From Amphiscolops sp. MND2022 (lineage: Eukaryota), in NCBI GenBank assembly GCA_964187785.1, contig OZ076409.1:70744001-70808000 (forward strand): a stretch of DNA of 64,000 nucleotides. The letters are read 5' to 3'. Below, piece after piece: positions 53,099 through 64,000 of the stretch. Each line of letters begins with the position of its first letter. The stretch's first letter is position 1. The position numbers were made by a program, and so were the translations under genes. The notes beneath the pieces were generated by a model. The model saw nothing but the letters and a program-made list of their open reading frames with translations, searched no databases and was not told the origin of the DNA.

Positions 53099-56000
53099 GT
53101 GCGGGGGGGTAACCCCAACAAAAATTTTGGAGGATTCGGGTAGGGTCCTGAATCCGATTTTGACTCTAATAGCTATCGATAGGAAATCTTGCAAAAATTT
53201 CGGGATCTCGTGATCTAACCATAGGATTTTAAAGTTGGAGCGGCCCCCACCAGATTTTCCAAAATTGATCGCCCCCCACCGGGTTCCATACCCCGGAAAA
53301 TTTTTTTCTGGCCACACGGGCGACCGTTAGGGGGTCATTTTAGGGGTAAAATTCATATTGGGCCACATAACTTTTTTTCTGTTGATTTAAAACTTTGGAA
53401 CCCTGCTAAAAGTTTCTTGACCGTATTGCAAGGGCTCCGGAGGTCCAAACCAAATTTTTCTATCTTGAAGCTATCTCCAAGTACCCCCCCGCTCAAACCG
53501 TTATTTTTCCGGAAACGCAGGTTTTTGACCCGGAAGGAGTCGTCTGAGCGCGGGGTCGTTAGGTGATGTATTGGGGACGGCCTTGAGACGAAGTGGGGGA
53601 CATGTAGTTTGCCAACCTCAGTTTACCCCCCGGACGGGAAATGACCGTTATATGAGCGGCAAAAATGCCCCCCTCCACGTTTTACCGCTTTTTCCGGTGT
53701 GAAGGAGTGGGAGTAGCGCGTCGGGTGCCATTTATCAAAAGTAGGTTTAGACAAGGATCTATCAGAAACATGTGGTTTGGGACCCCCTGGACCAACCCGT
53801 TAGCAGGAAATGGGGCTTCCGGCCCGTTTTTTTACGGTTAAAAACGGAAAATGGGCATTGAGGGGTAAATATCTCTTGAACGCGTGGAGCTACGGTGTCT
53901 TTCACTACTACAAGGTTTCATACCCATGATATGGTGCGTTCAGGGGGGCAAACAGATTTCCGCTATCTATCACCGTTACGGACTTGGCCCCCCCAGCCTA
54001 ACCGCTAAGTGACCGGAAATGTCATATTTTGAGCCCAAAGGGTCGGTCCCAGCCAGGGAACGTTAGGTAACTTATTGTAGTACTCAATGAGACGAGTTGG
54101 GGGACATAGTTTCAGTCACCCCCCGTTACCCCTTGGGACCGGAAATGACCGTTATGTGAGTAAATTTGCCGTTTTTGTCCTACTTGAAGGGCATTTAGAT
54201 GCGGAATGAGTTGTAATAGGTGCTTGGACACTAAATGAAGGAAGGGAGGATATGAGGCGAGCATTCGGAAATAACCGTTATGTTGACCCTAAAGTCCCCC
54301 TGGTACCGTAAACGACCGGAAATGGTCAAATTTTCTGTTTATAGGGTACAAATGTTTGGTATTTTGTAGATAAAAGTATCTATTAGGTGTGTCGACGGTC
54401 TGCAGTAGTGAACATAGTCATGAAACCTTGTGGGGGGTAACGGTATATAGCACCGGAAGTCCAAACCGTTGGAGACAGGATAGGTTTTTTGGTTTTAAAA
54501 TGTCTTTCGGCGTACTTTTGTCGACTATTAAGGACTACTTTTAAAAAATTAAAGTTTTTTCATATAGTTTTGGAGACTCCGAAACCTCAACCAACATAAC
54601 CGTTACCTCATGATAGCCTTTCAAGTTGGCCTGGTGTCAACTTGGAAGGGCTATCCTTCAAAAATCGTCAATCAAGTATGTTTTTGGGTATGTTTGTATC
54701 ATTTTAGAATCAAATAGAGCTTCAAGAAAAGTTTGCCAACGACAAAAACTATGTCGTGATGATTCCGTTATTAGAATAATAGTTAGCAAATTGTTGAGAA
54801 AATTGATTTTTTCCATATAAAATGTGTCCTAAATGCCAGGAAACCTATTTAACTAACAAATGGTATTGATTGGAATGTATGTAACAGATTTATAAAAGTT
54901 CAAATTGAATATTACCTTTCAATATGGAAGCTGAAACGTAATATTTTAGTTTAATTAACGTCAACGCCACACACTTTACATCAACGCCCACCGTCTGTGG
55001 GCATGCCGAGGCATGCCCTTCGACGACGTATGGCAAATCCGTTCTAACGACGCCCGTATATCCCGGGCTAGGTGCGGGGGGGAAACCCCATCCCTTATCT
55101 TGGAGGATTCGGGTAGGGTCCTGAATCCGAGTTCAGTGCCGCCAGCTCTCAGTAGAAATCTGGGAAATTTTTTGCGATCTCGTGATCTAACCATAGGATT
55201 TTAAAGTTGGAGCGGCCCCCACCAGATTTTCCAAAGTTATTCGCCCCCCACCGGGTTCCAGCGTGATTGAAATATTCTGACGGGGTACACGGGCGACCGT
55301 TAGGGGTCATTTTGGGGGTAAAATTTATATCCGGTCGCATAACTTTTTTCCTGTTGGTTTAAAACTTTGGGACCCTGCTAAAAGTTTCTTGACCGTGTTG
55401 CGGGGGCTCCGGAGGTCCAAACCAAATTTTTCTATCTTGAAGCTATCTCCAAGTACCCCCCCGCCCAAACCGTTATTTTTCCGGAAACGCAGGTTTTTGA
55501 CCCGGAAGGAGTCGTCTGAGCGCGGGGTCGTTAGGTGATGTTTTGGGGACAGCCTTGAGACGAAGCGGGGGATAAATAGTTTGCCGACCCCAGTTTACCC
55601 CCCGCACGGGAAATGACCGTTATATGAGCGGGAAAAATGCCCCCCTCCACGTTTTACCGCTATTTCCGGTGTGAAGGAGTGGGAGTAGCGCGTCGGGTGT
55701 TATATAACAAAAGTAGGTTTAGACAAGGACCTATCGGAAACATGTAGTTTGGGACCCCCTGGACCAACCCGTTAGCGGGAAATGGGGCTTCGGCCTCCTT
55801 TTTTTACTGCTAAAACCGTAAAATGGGCATTGAGGGGTAAATATCTCGTGAACGCGTGGAGCAATCGTGTCCATCACTACTACAAGGTTTCATACCCATG
55901 ATATGGTGCCTTCAGGGGGGCAAACAGATTTCCGCTATCTATCACCGTTACCGACTTGGCCCCCCAGCCTAACCGCTATGTGACCGGAATTGTCACTTTT

Positions 56001-57061
56001 TGAGACCAAAGGGTCGGTCCCAGCCGGGGAACGTTAGGTAACTTATTGTAGTACTCAATGAGGCGAGTTGGGGGATATAGTTTCAGTCACCCCCCGTTAC
56101 CCCTTGGGACCGGAAATGACCGTTATGTGGGTAAAATTGCAATTTTTGTACTTTTTGAAGGGCATTTAGGTGCGGAAGGAGTGGTAATAGGTGCTTGGAC
56201 ACTATATGATGTAAGGCAGTTCGTGAGGCGAGCATTCGAAATTAACCGTTATGTTGACCCTAAAGTCCCCCTGGTACCGTAAACGACCGGAAATGGTCAA
56301 ATTTTGTATTTTTAGGGTACAAATGTTTGGTATTTTATGGAATAAAGTACATGGAAGGTGTTTCAAAGGCATCCAGAAATGAACATAGTCATGAAACCTT
56401 GAGGGGGGTAACGGTATATAACACCGGAAGTCCAAGCCGTTGGACACAGTATAGGTTTTTTGGTTTTAAAATGCTTATGAACGTACATTTGTGGGTTGAA
56501 TTGTTCTAATATTGACTTTTTTCGATATTTTTTGACATTAAAGGTTTTTCCAATAGTTTCAGGGACCTCCAAAGCTTCAATCAACATAACCTTTACATTG
56601 TGATAGCCTTTCAAGTTGGCCTGGTGTCAACTTGGAAGGGCTATCCTTCACAAATCGTATATCAAGTGTGTTTTTGAGTAGGTTTTTATCACTTTAGTAT
56701 CAATTAGAGCTTAATCATTAGTTTGCCAACGACAAAAACCATGTCGTGATGATTCCGTTAGTAGAAGAATAGTTAACAACTTGTTGACAAAGTTGATTTT
56801 TTGCATTTAAAATGTTTCCTAAATGCCAGGAAAACGATTTACGTTATAAATGGTACTGATTGACCCAAATAACAGTTAAATAAAGTTAAACATTATTTTT
56901 TCGTTTCATTATAGAAGCTGAAACCTCACGTTTTAACTTAATTAACGTCAACGCCACATACTTTACATCAACGCCCACCGTCTGTGGGCATGCCGAGGCA
57001 TGCCCTTCGACGACGTATACCAAAATCCAATATATCTACACCCGATTGCGGTAGCAGCTAG
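53099..57061 (+). repeat. Two family A units (1973 and 1990 bp)
   Basis: Junctions at 55071 and 57061. Confidence 0.95.
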
Positions 57062-58335
57062 GTGCCGGTGTTTTTTTACACAATGGGGGAAGTTGCGCGG
57101 TTGGGGAGGGTCCCTGACGCGCTTCCGTGGTATCGGGTCTTTCAACCGATGAAAACGACATAAAAAATTGGGATCTCGTAAACTAGCCATACGATTTGGC
57201 TGAAATTTGGCACACGTACCCCCCTCGGCACGGTGAAGATGATTCCCTACTGACGTTTTTCCCGCTAAACATTTTTTGTTGCCCAAAATAACGGTTTTTG
57301 GGGTAAAATTTTCAACTTTTTTTAAATTTCATCTTATATCTCGCCACGGGTACACGCTAGCGCTTCCAAACCTTGCTGACGAAAGTTTGCAAACTGTCTC
57401 AGGAATGCTGTGGGAAATTTTCAGTTCAATCGGACTTAAACTCGAGGAGATATAGCGTTTTTCCGGAGCGGGGGGGTTTCATTTTTCTAACGGTCCAGCT
57501 TATCTTTGCCATTTTTTCGAAAATGCACTCGCCTAAAGGCCTCCCCTGGCCGGTTTTATTCCCAGCAAAACCATTTGGCCCTAAATACGGAGTTTCAGCG
57601 TTCCAGCATTCCCGGGCGAAAAGTTGTGGGACTTAGAATTTTTCAAAAATTTTCAAAAATTTTTTTTTCCGTTATTTGGGCCCCCAAAGTGGGGGAAAAG
57701 ACCCCCCAACCAGTAAAGCAAGTGAATGCATGTGAAAAGCCCTTGTTTAGACGAGAAAAATGCCGTTTAGAACGTCTTTTTATCTTAACTTGACATTGAC
57801 TTTTGTCGTTTTGAAGGTGACCGTTAGATACAGAAAATTGATATATTGAGTATTTATCCCATCTGAAAGCCATTGAGATACAACATGTTTTGCTCAAAAC
57901 GTGTTTCATTGCAGTTCCGCTGTCCATTGACACCCTTTGATGTCTTTTGACGTAATTTTCTTTTCTATAATAACAATTTTTTTGTGTATTTATTCATTTT
58001 TTTCTCATCAAATAACTTGAAACAGTTGAGTACATTCCATCTCCCTTCCCGGGGGAGATGAGAATGTACTCGCTAAAGGTCAGGAACTACGGTCTATATC
58101 TTCCACAACACAAAAGGGATTGCAAATGGTTTCAGTTTGTCGCAGAAAACTTCTTTTTGCCCTCTGTGACTCGACAAAATGAACGTTTCTTACTTACTTT
58201 GAAACTCAGCATACCACAACTCATCTCTAACGTCAGCGCCCCCCTACTTGCATCAACGCCCCCCGTCCGTGGGCATGCCGAGGCATGCCCTTCGACGACG
58301 TATACCAAGATATACATAAGCGCGGTAGCCGCTAG
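57062..58335 (+). repeat. Family B unit, B1-related with distinct ends (1274 bp)
   Basis: The body (~57170-57790) is near-identical to the matching part of 61618-62904. The first ~105 bp and last ~250 bp are different. Confidence 0.9.
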
Positions 58336-60328
58336 GTGCGGGGGGGAAACCCCATCCCTTATCTTGGAGGATTCGGGTAGGGTCCTGAATCCGAGTTCAG
58401 TGCCGCCAGCTCTCAGTAGAAATCTGGGCATTTTTTTGCGATCTCGTGATCTAACCATAGGATTTTAAAGTTGGAGCGGCCCCCACCAGATTTTCCAAAG
58501 TTATTCGCCCCCCACCAGGTTCCAGCGTGATTGAAATATTTTGACGGGGTACACGGGCGACCGTTAGGGGTCATTTTGGGGGTAAAGTTTATATCCGGTC
58601 GCATAACTTTTTTCCTGTTGGATTAAAACTTTGGGACCCTGCTAAAAGTTTCTTGACCGTGTTGCGGGGGCTCCGGAGGTCCAAACCAAATTTTTCTATC
58701 TTTAAGCTATCTCCAAGTACCCCCCCGCCCAAACCGTTATTTTTCCGGAAACGCAGGTTTTTGACCCGGAAGGAGTCGTCAGAGCGCGGGGTCGTTAGGT
58801 GATGTATTGGGGACGGCCTTGAGACGAAGCGGGGGATATATAGTTTGCCGACCCCAGTTTTCCCCCCGGACGGGAAATGACCGTTATATGAGCGGGAAAA
58901 ATGCCCCCCTCCACGTTTTACCGCTATTTCCGGTGTGAAGGAGTGGGAGTAGCGCTTCGGGTGCCATATATCAAAAATAAGTTTAGACAAGGACCTATCG
59001 GAAACATGTAGTTTGGGACCCCCTGGACCAACCCGTTAGCGGGAAATGGGGCTTCCGCCTCCTTTTTTTACTGCTAAAACCATAAAATGGGCATTGAGGG
59101 GTAAATATCTCGTGAACGCGTGGAGCAATCGTGTCCATCACTACTACAAGGTTTCATACCCATGATATGGTGCCTTCAGGGGGGCAAACAGATTTCCGCT
59201 ATCTATCACCGTTACCGACTTGGCCCCCCAGCCTAACCGCTATGTGACCGGAAATGTCACTTTTTGAGCCCAAAGGGTCGGTCCCAGCCGGGGAACGTTA
59301 GGTAACTTATTGTAGTACTCAATGAGACGCGTTGGGGGATATAGTTTCAGTCAACCCCCGTTACCCCTTGGGACCGGAAATGACCGTTATGTGGGTAAAT
59401 TTGCAATTTTTATACTCTTTGAAGTGTATTTAGGTGCGGAAGGAGTGGTAATAGGTGCTTGGACACTATATGATGTAATGGAGGTCGTGAGGAGAGCATT
59501 CGGAAATAACCGTTATGTTGACCTCAAAGTCCCCCTGGTACCGTTAACGACCGGAAATGGCCAAATTTTGTGTCTATTGGGTACAAATGTTTGGTATTTT
59601 ATGGATAAAAGTACCTGGAAGGTGTTTTAAAGGCCTCCAGAAGTGAACATAGTCATGAAACCTTGTGGGGGGTAACGGTATATAGCACCGGAAGTCCAAA
59701 CCGTTGGTCACAGAATAGGTTTTTTGGTTTCAAAATGTCTTTAGGCATAGTTTTGTGGGTTGAATCGTCATAATATCAACTAATACGGACTTTTTTCGGA
59801 AATAAAATTTTTTCACATTAGTTTCAGGGACCTCCAATGCTTCAGTCAACATAACCGTTACATTTTGATAGCCTTTCAAGTTGACCTGGTGTCAACTTGG
59901 AAGGGCTATCCTTCTAAAATCGTTAATCAAGAGTGTTTTTGGGTAGGTATATGTTGCATTAGTACCAATTAGAGCTTCATCAACAGTTTGCCAACGGCAA
60001 AAACGATGTCGTGATAATTCCGTTATAAAAATATTAGTTAACAAATTGTTTTCAAAGTTGATTTTTTCCATTAAAAATGTGTCCTAATGCCACCAAATTG
60101 AATAAAATAATAAATGGTATTGACTAAAACTAAATAACAATGAAAAAGAAGATCAACATTTTTATTAGGTCTCATTATGGAAGCTGAAACCTCACGTTTT
60201 AGTTTAATTAACGTCAACGCCACATACTTTACATCAACGCCCACCGTCTGTGGGCATGCCGAGGCATGCCCTTCGACGACGTATACCAAACAACCTCCAT
60301 ATCTACACCCACCCGCGGTAGCAGCTAG
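58336..60328 (+). repeat. Family A unit (1993 bp)
   Basis: Near-identical to 45751-47743 and 49718-51709. Confidence 0.95.
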
Positions 60329-61617
60329 GTGGCCGGAAATTTTTTTTTTTCATCAAAATCTTTGCCATTGGGGGAGGGGCCCCGGATGGCCAGTAGTACG
60401 GGATAGCTTCCTACCAAATCCAGGCGGAAAAAACGTGATTTTGGAAACTAGCCGTCAGAATTTGCTCAAATTTTGCATACGGCTTCCTATAACAATCCTA
60501 AGAACTAATCCCTACTGGCATTTTGCCCAAAAAACGCAAAAAGTTGGTCAAAATCTTAGTTTTTTGGTCAAAAAATGGCGTTTTTTGGAAAAAAAAATTT
60601 TTCAGAGACAATTACTCGTAACTGGTTCACCCAGCGCAAAAACGCCTAGCTGATTTATTGTTGGGCACTTCATGAGGAGTGCGTATACAAATTTTCGTCC
60701 AGATCGGAAAAAAAATGACTAAGTATTAGCTGGAATTCGGACGCATTTTTTCGCAAATTTTTGAAAACCTAGTCTATCTCTGCCGTTTTTTGCCCAGATT
60801 TTTTTCCAGGTCCTCTCCTAAAGGCCTCCCCTGGCCGGTTTACTTCCCAGAAAAACCAATTGGCCCTAAATACGGAGTTTCAGCGTTCTAGCATTCCCGG
60901 GCGAAAAGATGTGGGACTTAGAAAAAATTCAAAATTTTTCAAAAAATTTTTTTTTCGTTTTCCGGCCCCCCAATGAAGAGGAACGACCCCCCAACGAGGA
61001 TTTTTGGTGAATTCACGTGGAAAGGCCTTGTTTTGTGGAACAAATTGCCGTTTAGAGCAACTTTTTATCTTAACTTGACGTTGACCTCTGTCGTTTTGAA
61101 TTTGATATTAGTATGTGTTGAGCATGTGAAAAGTTGATGATTTCAGTTGTTCTCTCGTGTTCAAGCCATTGAGATACAAGCGGTAGTGATCAAAATGTGA
61201 TTTATCGCAATTTGATGGTGTTTTTGGTGTATTTTGATTCTTTTAAATAAAAAGTTGTTCTTTATATATTTGGTGTAATGATTCAAATGAACAAGAAACA
61301 GTTGAGTACATTTCATCTCCCCCCTTGTGGGGGAGATGAGGATGTACCCGCTAAATGACACGCACAATGGCCCAATTTTATTTTTATGCGACATTTTCTA
61401 GGCTTTTGCGGAAGCCCACTAAAATTTAGACTGGTTTCCTTTTCTTTTACTCCAAAATTTTCCGTACTAACCACCTTACGCACCACCAGCTCAACGTAAC
61501 ATCTGTAACGTCAACGCCACACACTCTCACTAACGCCCACCGTCCGTGGGCATGCCGAGGCATGCCCTTCGACGACGTATGCCAAATAGCGCCACAGGGC
61601 GCAAACATTCCCGCTAG
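60329..61617 (+). repeat. Family B unit, highly divergent subtype B3 (1289 bp)
   Basis: The 5' ~480 bp are unique. It shares the B central block (60817-60919), a GAGTACATT-type hairpin (61304-61349) and the right-arm core. Confidence 0.88.
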
Positions 61618-62904
61618 GTGCCGGGATTTCCATTCGATAAGGAATTCTGCGCGTGTGGGTAGGGCCCCTGGCGCGCTCCTGTGTTTTCGGTTTTCCTACT
61701 CCTAAATAGACCCCCTGAATTCCGGGATCTCCTAAACTAGCCATACGATTTGGCTGAAATTTGGCACACGTACCCCCCTCGGCACGGTGAAGATGATTCC
61801 CTACTGACGTTTTTCCCGCTAAACATTTTTTGTTGACCAAAATAACGGTTTTTAGGGTAAAATTTTCAACTTTTTTTAAATTTCATCTTATATCTCGCCA
61901 CGGGTGCACGCTAGCGCTTCCAAACCTTGCTGACGAAAGTTTGCAAACTGTCTCAGGAAGGCTGTGTGAAATTTTCAGCTCAATCGGACTTAAACTCGAG
62001 GAGATATAGCGTTTTTCCGGAGCGGGGGGGTTTCATCTTTCTAACGGTCCAGCTTATCTTTGCCATTTTTTCGAAAATGCACTCGCCTAAAGGCCTCCCC
62101 TGGCCGGTTTTATTCCCAGCAAAACCATTTGGCCCTAAATACGGAGTTTCAGCGTTCCAGCATTCCCGGGCAAAAAGTTGTGGGACTTAGAAAATTTCAA
62201 AAATTTTCAAAATTTTTTTTTCCGTTATTTGGGCCCCCAAAGTGGGGGAAAAGACCCCCCAACCAGTAAAGCAAGTGAATGCATGTGCAAAGCCCTTGTT
62301 TAGAGGAGAAAAATGCCGTTTAGAACGTCTTTTTATCTTGGCTCAACGTTGACTTATGACGTTTTGAAGGTGATGTTTGGAGGTGTAAAGCACGTGAATA
62401 GTAAACGTTATGAGTATTTATCTGATCTGAAAGCCATTGAGATGCAATATGGTTTGCTCAAAACGTAATTCATTGCAGTTTGGCAATCAATCAACACCCT
62501 TTGTTGTCGTTTGACATACTTTTTTGTTGTTATAATAAAAAATTTTGTGTATTTATTCATTTTTTTCTCATCAAATAACTTGAAACAGTTGAGTACATTC
62601 CATCCCCCCCTTCCGGGGGAGATGAGAATGTACTCGCAAAAAGCACCGAACTACGGCCCTTACCTTCCCGAGCTACGCAGTATAGGGATTACATATTGGT
62701 TCCGACATTTTCATAGAGTTAAATCTTGGTAATCTGTCTGGATATGCAGAAAAATCAGCACGTGCCTTTTAATACCAAGTTGCTTACAACGACAATTATT
62801 TTATATCAACGCCCCCATATTTATCAACGCCCCCCGTCCGTGGGCATGCCGAGGCATGCCCTTCGACGACGTATACCAAGATATGCGTTAACGCGTTAGC
62901 CTAG
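61618..62904 (+). repeat. Family B unit, subtype B1 (1287 bp)
   Basis: Similar to 2395-3704 and ends GCCTAG with the shortest tail. Confidence 0.92.
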
Positions 62905-64000
62905 GTGCGGGGGGGTAACCCCAACAAATATATTGGAGGATTCGGTTAGGGTCCTGAATCCGATTTTAACTCTAATAGCTATCGATAGGAAATCGTGCAA
63001 AAATTTCGGGATCTCGTGATCTAACCATAGGATTTTAAAGTTGGAGCGGCCCCCACCAGATTTTCCAAAGTTATTCGCCCCCCACCGGGTTCCAGCGTGA
63101 TTGAAATATTTTGACGGGGTACACGGGCGACCGTTAGGGGTCATTTTGGGGGTAAAATTTATATCCGGTCGCATAACTTTTTTCCTGTTGGTTTAAAACT
63201 TTGGGACCCTGCTAAAAGTTTCTTGACCGTGTTGCAGTGGCTCCGGAGGTCCAAACCAAATTTTTCTATCTTGAAGCTATCTCCAAGTACCCCCCCGCTC
63301 AAACCGTTATTTTTCCGGAAACGCAGGTTTTTGACCCGGAAGGAGTCGTCTGAGCGCGTGGTCGTTAGGTGATGTTTTGGGGACGGCCTTGAGACGAAGT
63401 GGGGGACATGTAGTTTGCCAACCTCAGTTTACCCCCCGGACGGGAAATGACCGTTATATGAGCGGGAAAATTGCCCCCCTCCACGTTTAACCGCTATTTC
63501 CGGTGTGAAGGAGTGGGAGTAGCGCGTCGGGTGTCATATATCAAAAGTAGGTTTAGACAAGGACCTATCGGAAACATGTAGTTTGGGACCCCCTGGTCCA
63601 ACCCGTTAGCGAGAAATGGCGCTTCCGCCTCCTTTTTTTACTGCTAAAACCGTAAAATGGGCATTGAGGGGTAAATATCTCGTGAACGCGTGGAGCAATC
63701 GTGTCCATCACTACTACAAGGTTTCATACCCATGATATGGTGCCTTCAGGGGGGCAAACAGATTTCCGCTATCTATCACCGTTACCGACTTGGCCCCCCA
63801 GCCTAACCGCTATGTGACCGGAAATGTCACTTTTTGAGCCCAAAGGGTCGGTCCCAGCCGGGGAACGTTAGGAAACTTATTGTAGTACTCAATGAGACGA
63901 GTTGGGGGATATAGTTTCAGTCACCCCCCGTTACCCCTTGGGACCGGAAATGACCGTTATGTGGGTAAAATTGCAATTTTTATACTTTTTCAAGTGTATT
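62905..64000 (+). repeat. Family A unit, partial (5' 1096 bp)
   Basis: Near-identical to the start of 47744-49717. Confidence 0.93.

Larger units (their letters stand above)
1..64000 (+). repeat. Heterogeneous head-to-tail array of 1.3-2.0 kb non-coding units (35 complete + 2 partial) joined at CTAG|GTG
   Basis: The block GGCATGCCGAGGCATGCC..TCGACGAC...CTAGGTG recurs 36 times. The CTAG ends at 404, 2394, 3704, 5673, 7645, 9621, 11596, 13590, 15561, 17537, 19512, 21485, 23459, 25453, 27445, 29439, 31432, 33407, 35377, 36662, 37930, 39199, 40479, 41767, 43757, 45750, 47743, 49717, 51709, 53098, 55071, 57061, 58335, 60328, 61617 and 62904. No unique sequence lies between units. Confidence 0.97.

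Noticed and set aside
331..63174. All listed ORFs (60-175 aa; e.g. MRRVGG.., MAWCQLG.., MWPEKNF.., MPFFRKC..)
   Set aside because: They are short and recur only because the DNA repeats. Stops and frameshifts differ between copies, several span unit junctions, and I recognise no domain (no HUH, helicase, recombinase or RT motifs).

Overview
The whole 64-kb window is one non-coding, head-to-tail array of 35 complete and 2 partial units, all on the + strand, with no credible protein-coding gene. It is not a simple satellite, because it mixes several unit families: 25 complete A units (1969-1994 bp), 9 B-family units (1268-1310 bp, at least four subtypes) and one C unit (1389 bp). All 36 junctions fall at one invariant core, CTAG|GTG, and families switch exactly there. 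The unit interiors differ strongly between families, but every unit keeps the same end architecture. The left arm has a hairpin with an AGGG-containing loop at +41 to +46 and a GATCTC/GATTTT...CCRT...ATTT motif at +102 to +108. An internal ~44-bp bulged hairpin follows. The right arm has two TCAACGCC direct repeats, a 20-bp palindrome GGGCATGCC-GA-GGCATGCCC, TTCGACGACGT, a 28-43-nt variable tail and then CTAG. Several hairpins show compensatory changes. The best interpretation (inference) is a concatemer or cassette array of non-autonomous, rolling-circle (Helitron-like) or recombinase-mobilised elements, probably from a eukaryote, joined site-specifically at each other's ends. The enzyme is not encoded in this window. 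Coordinates were counted by eye and may be off by a few bases.
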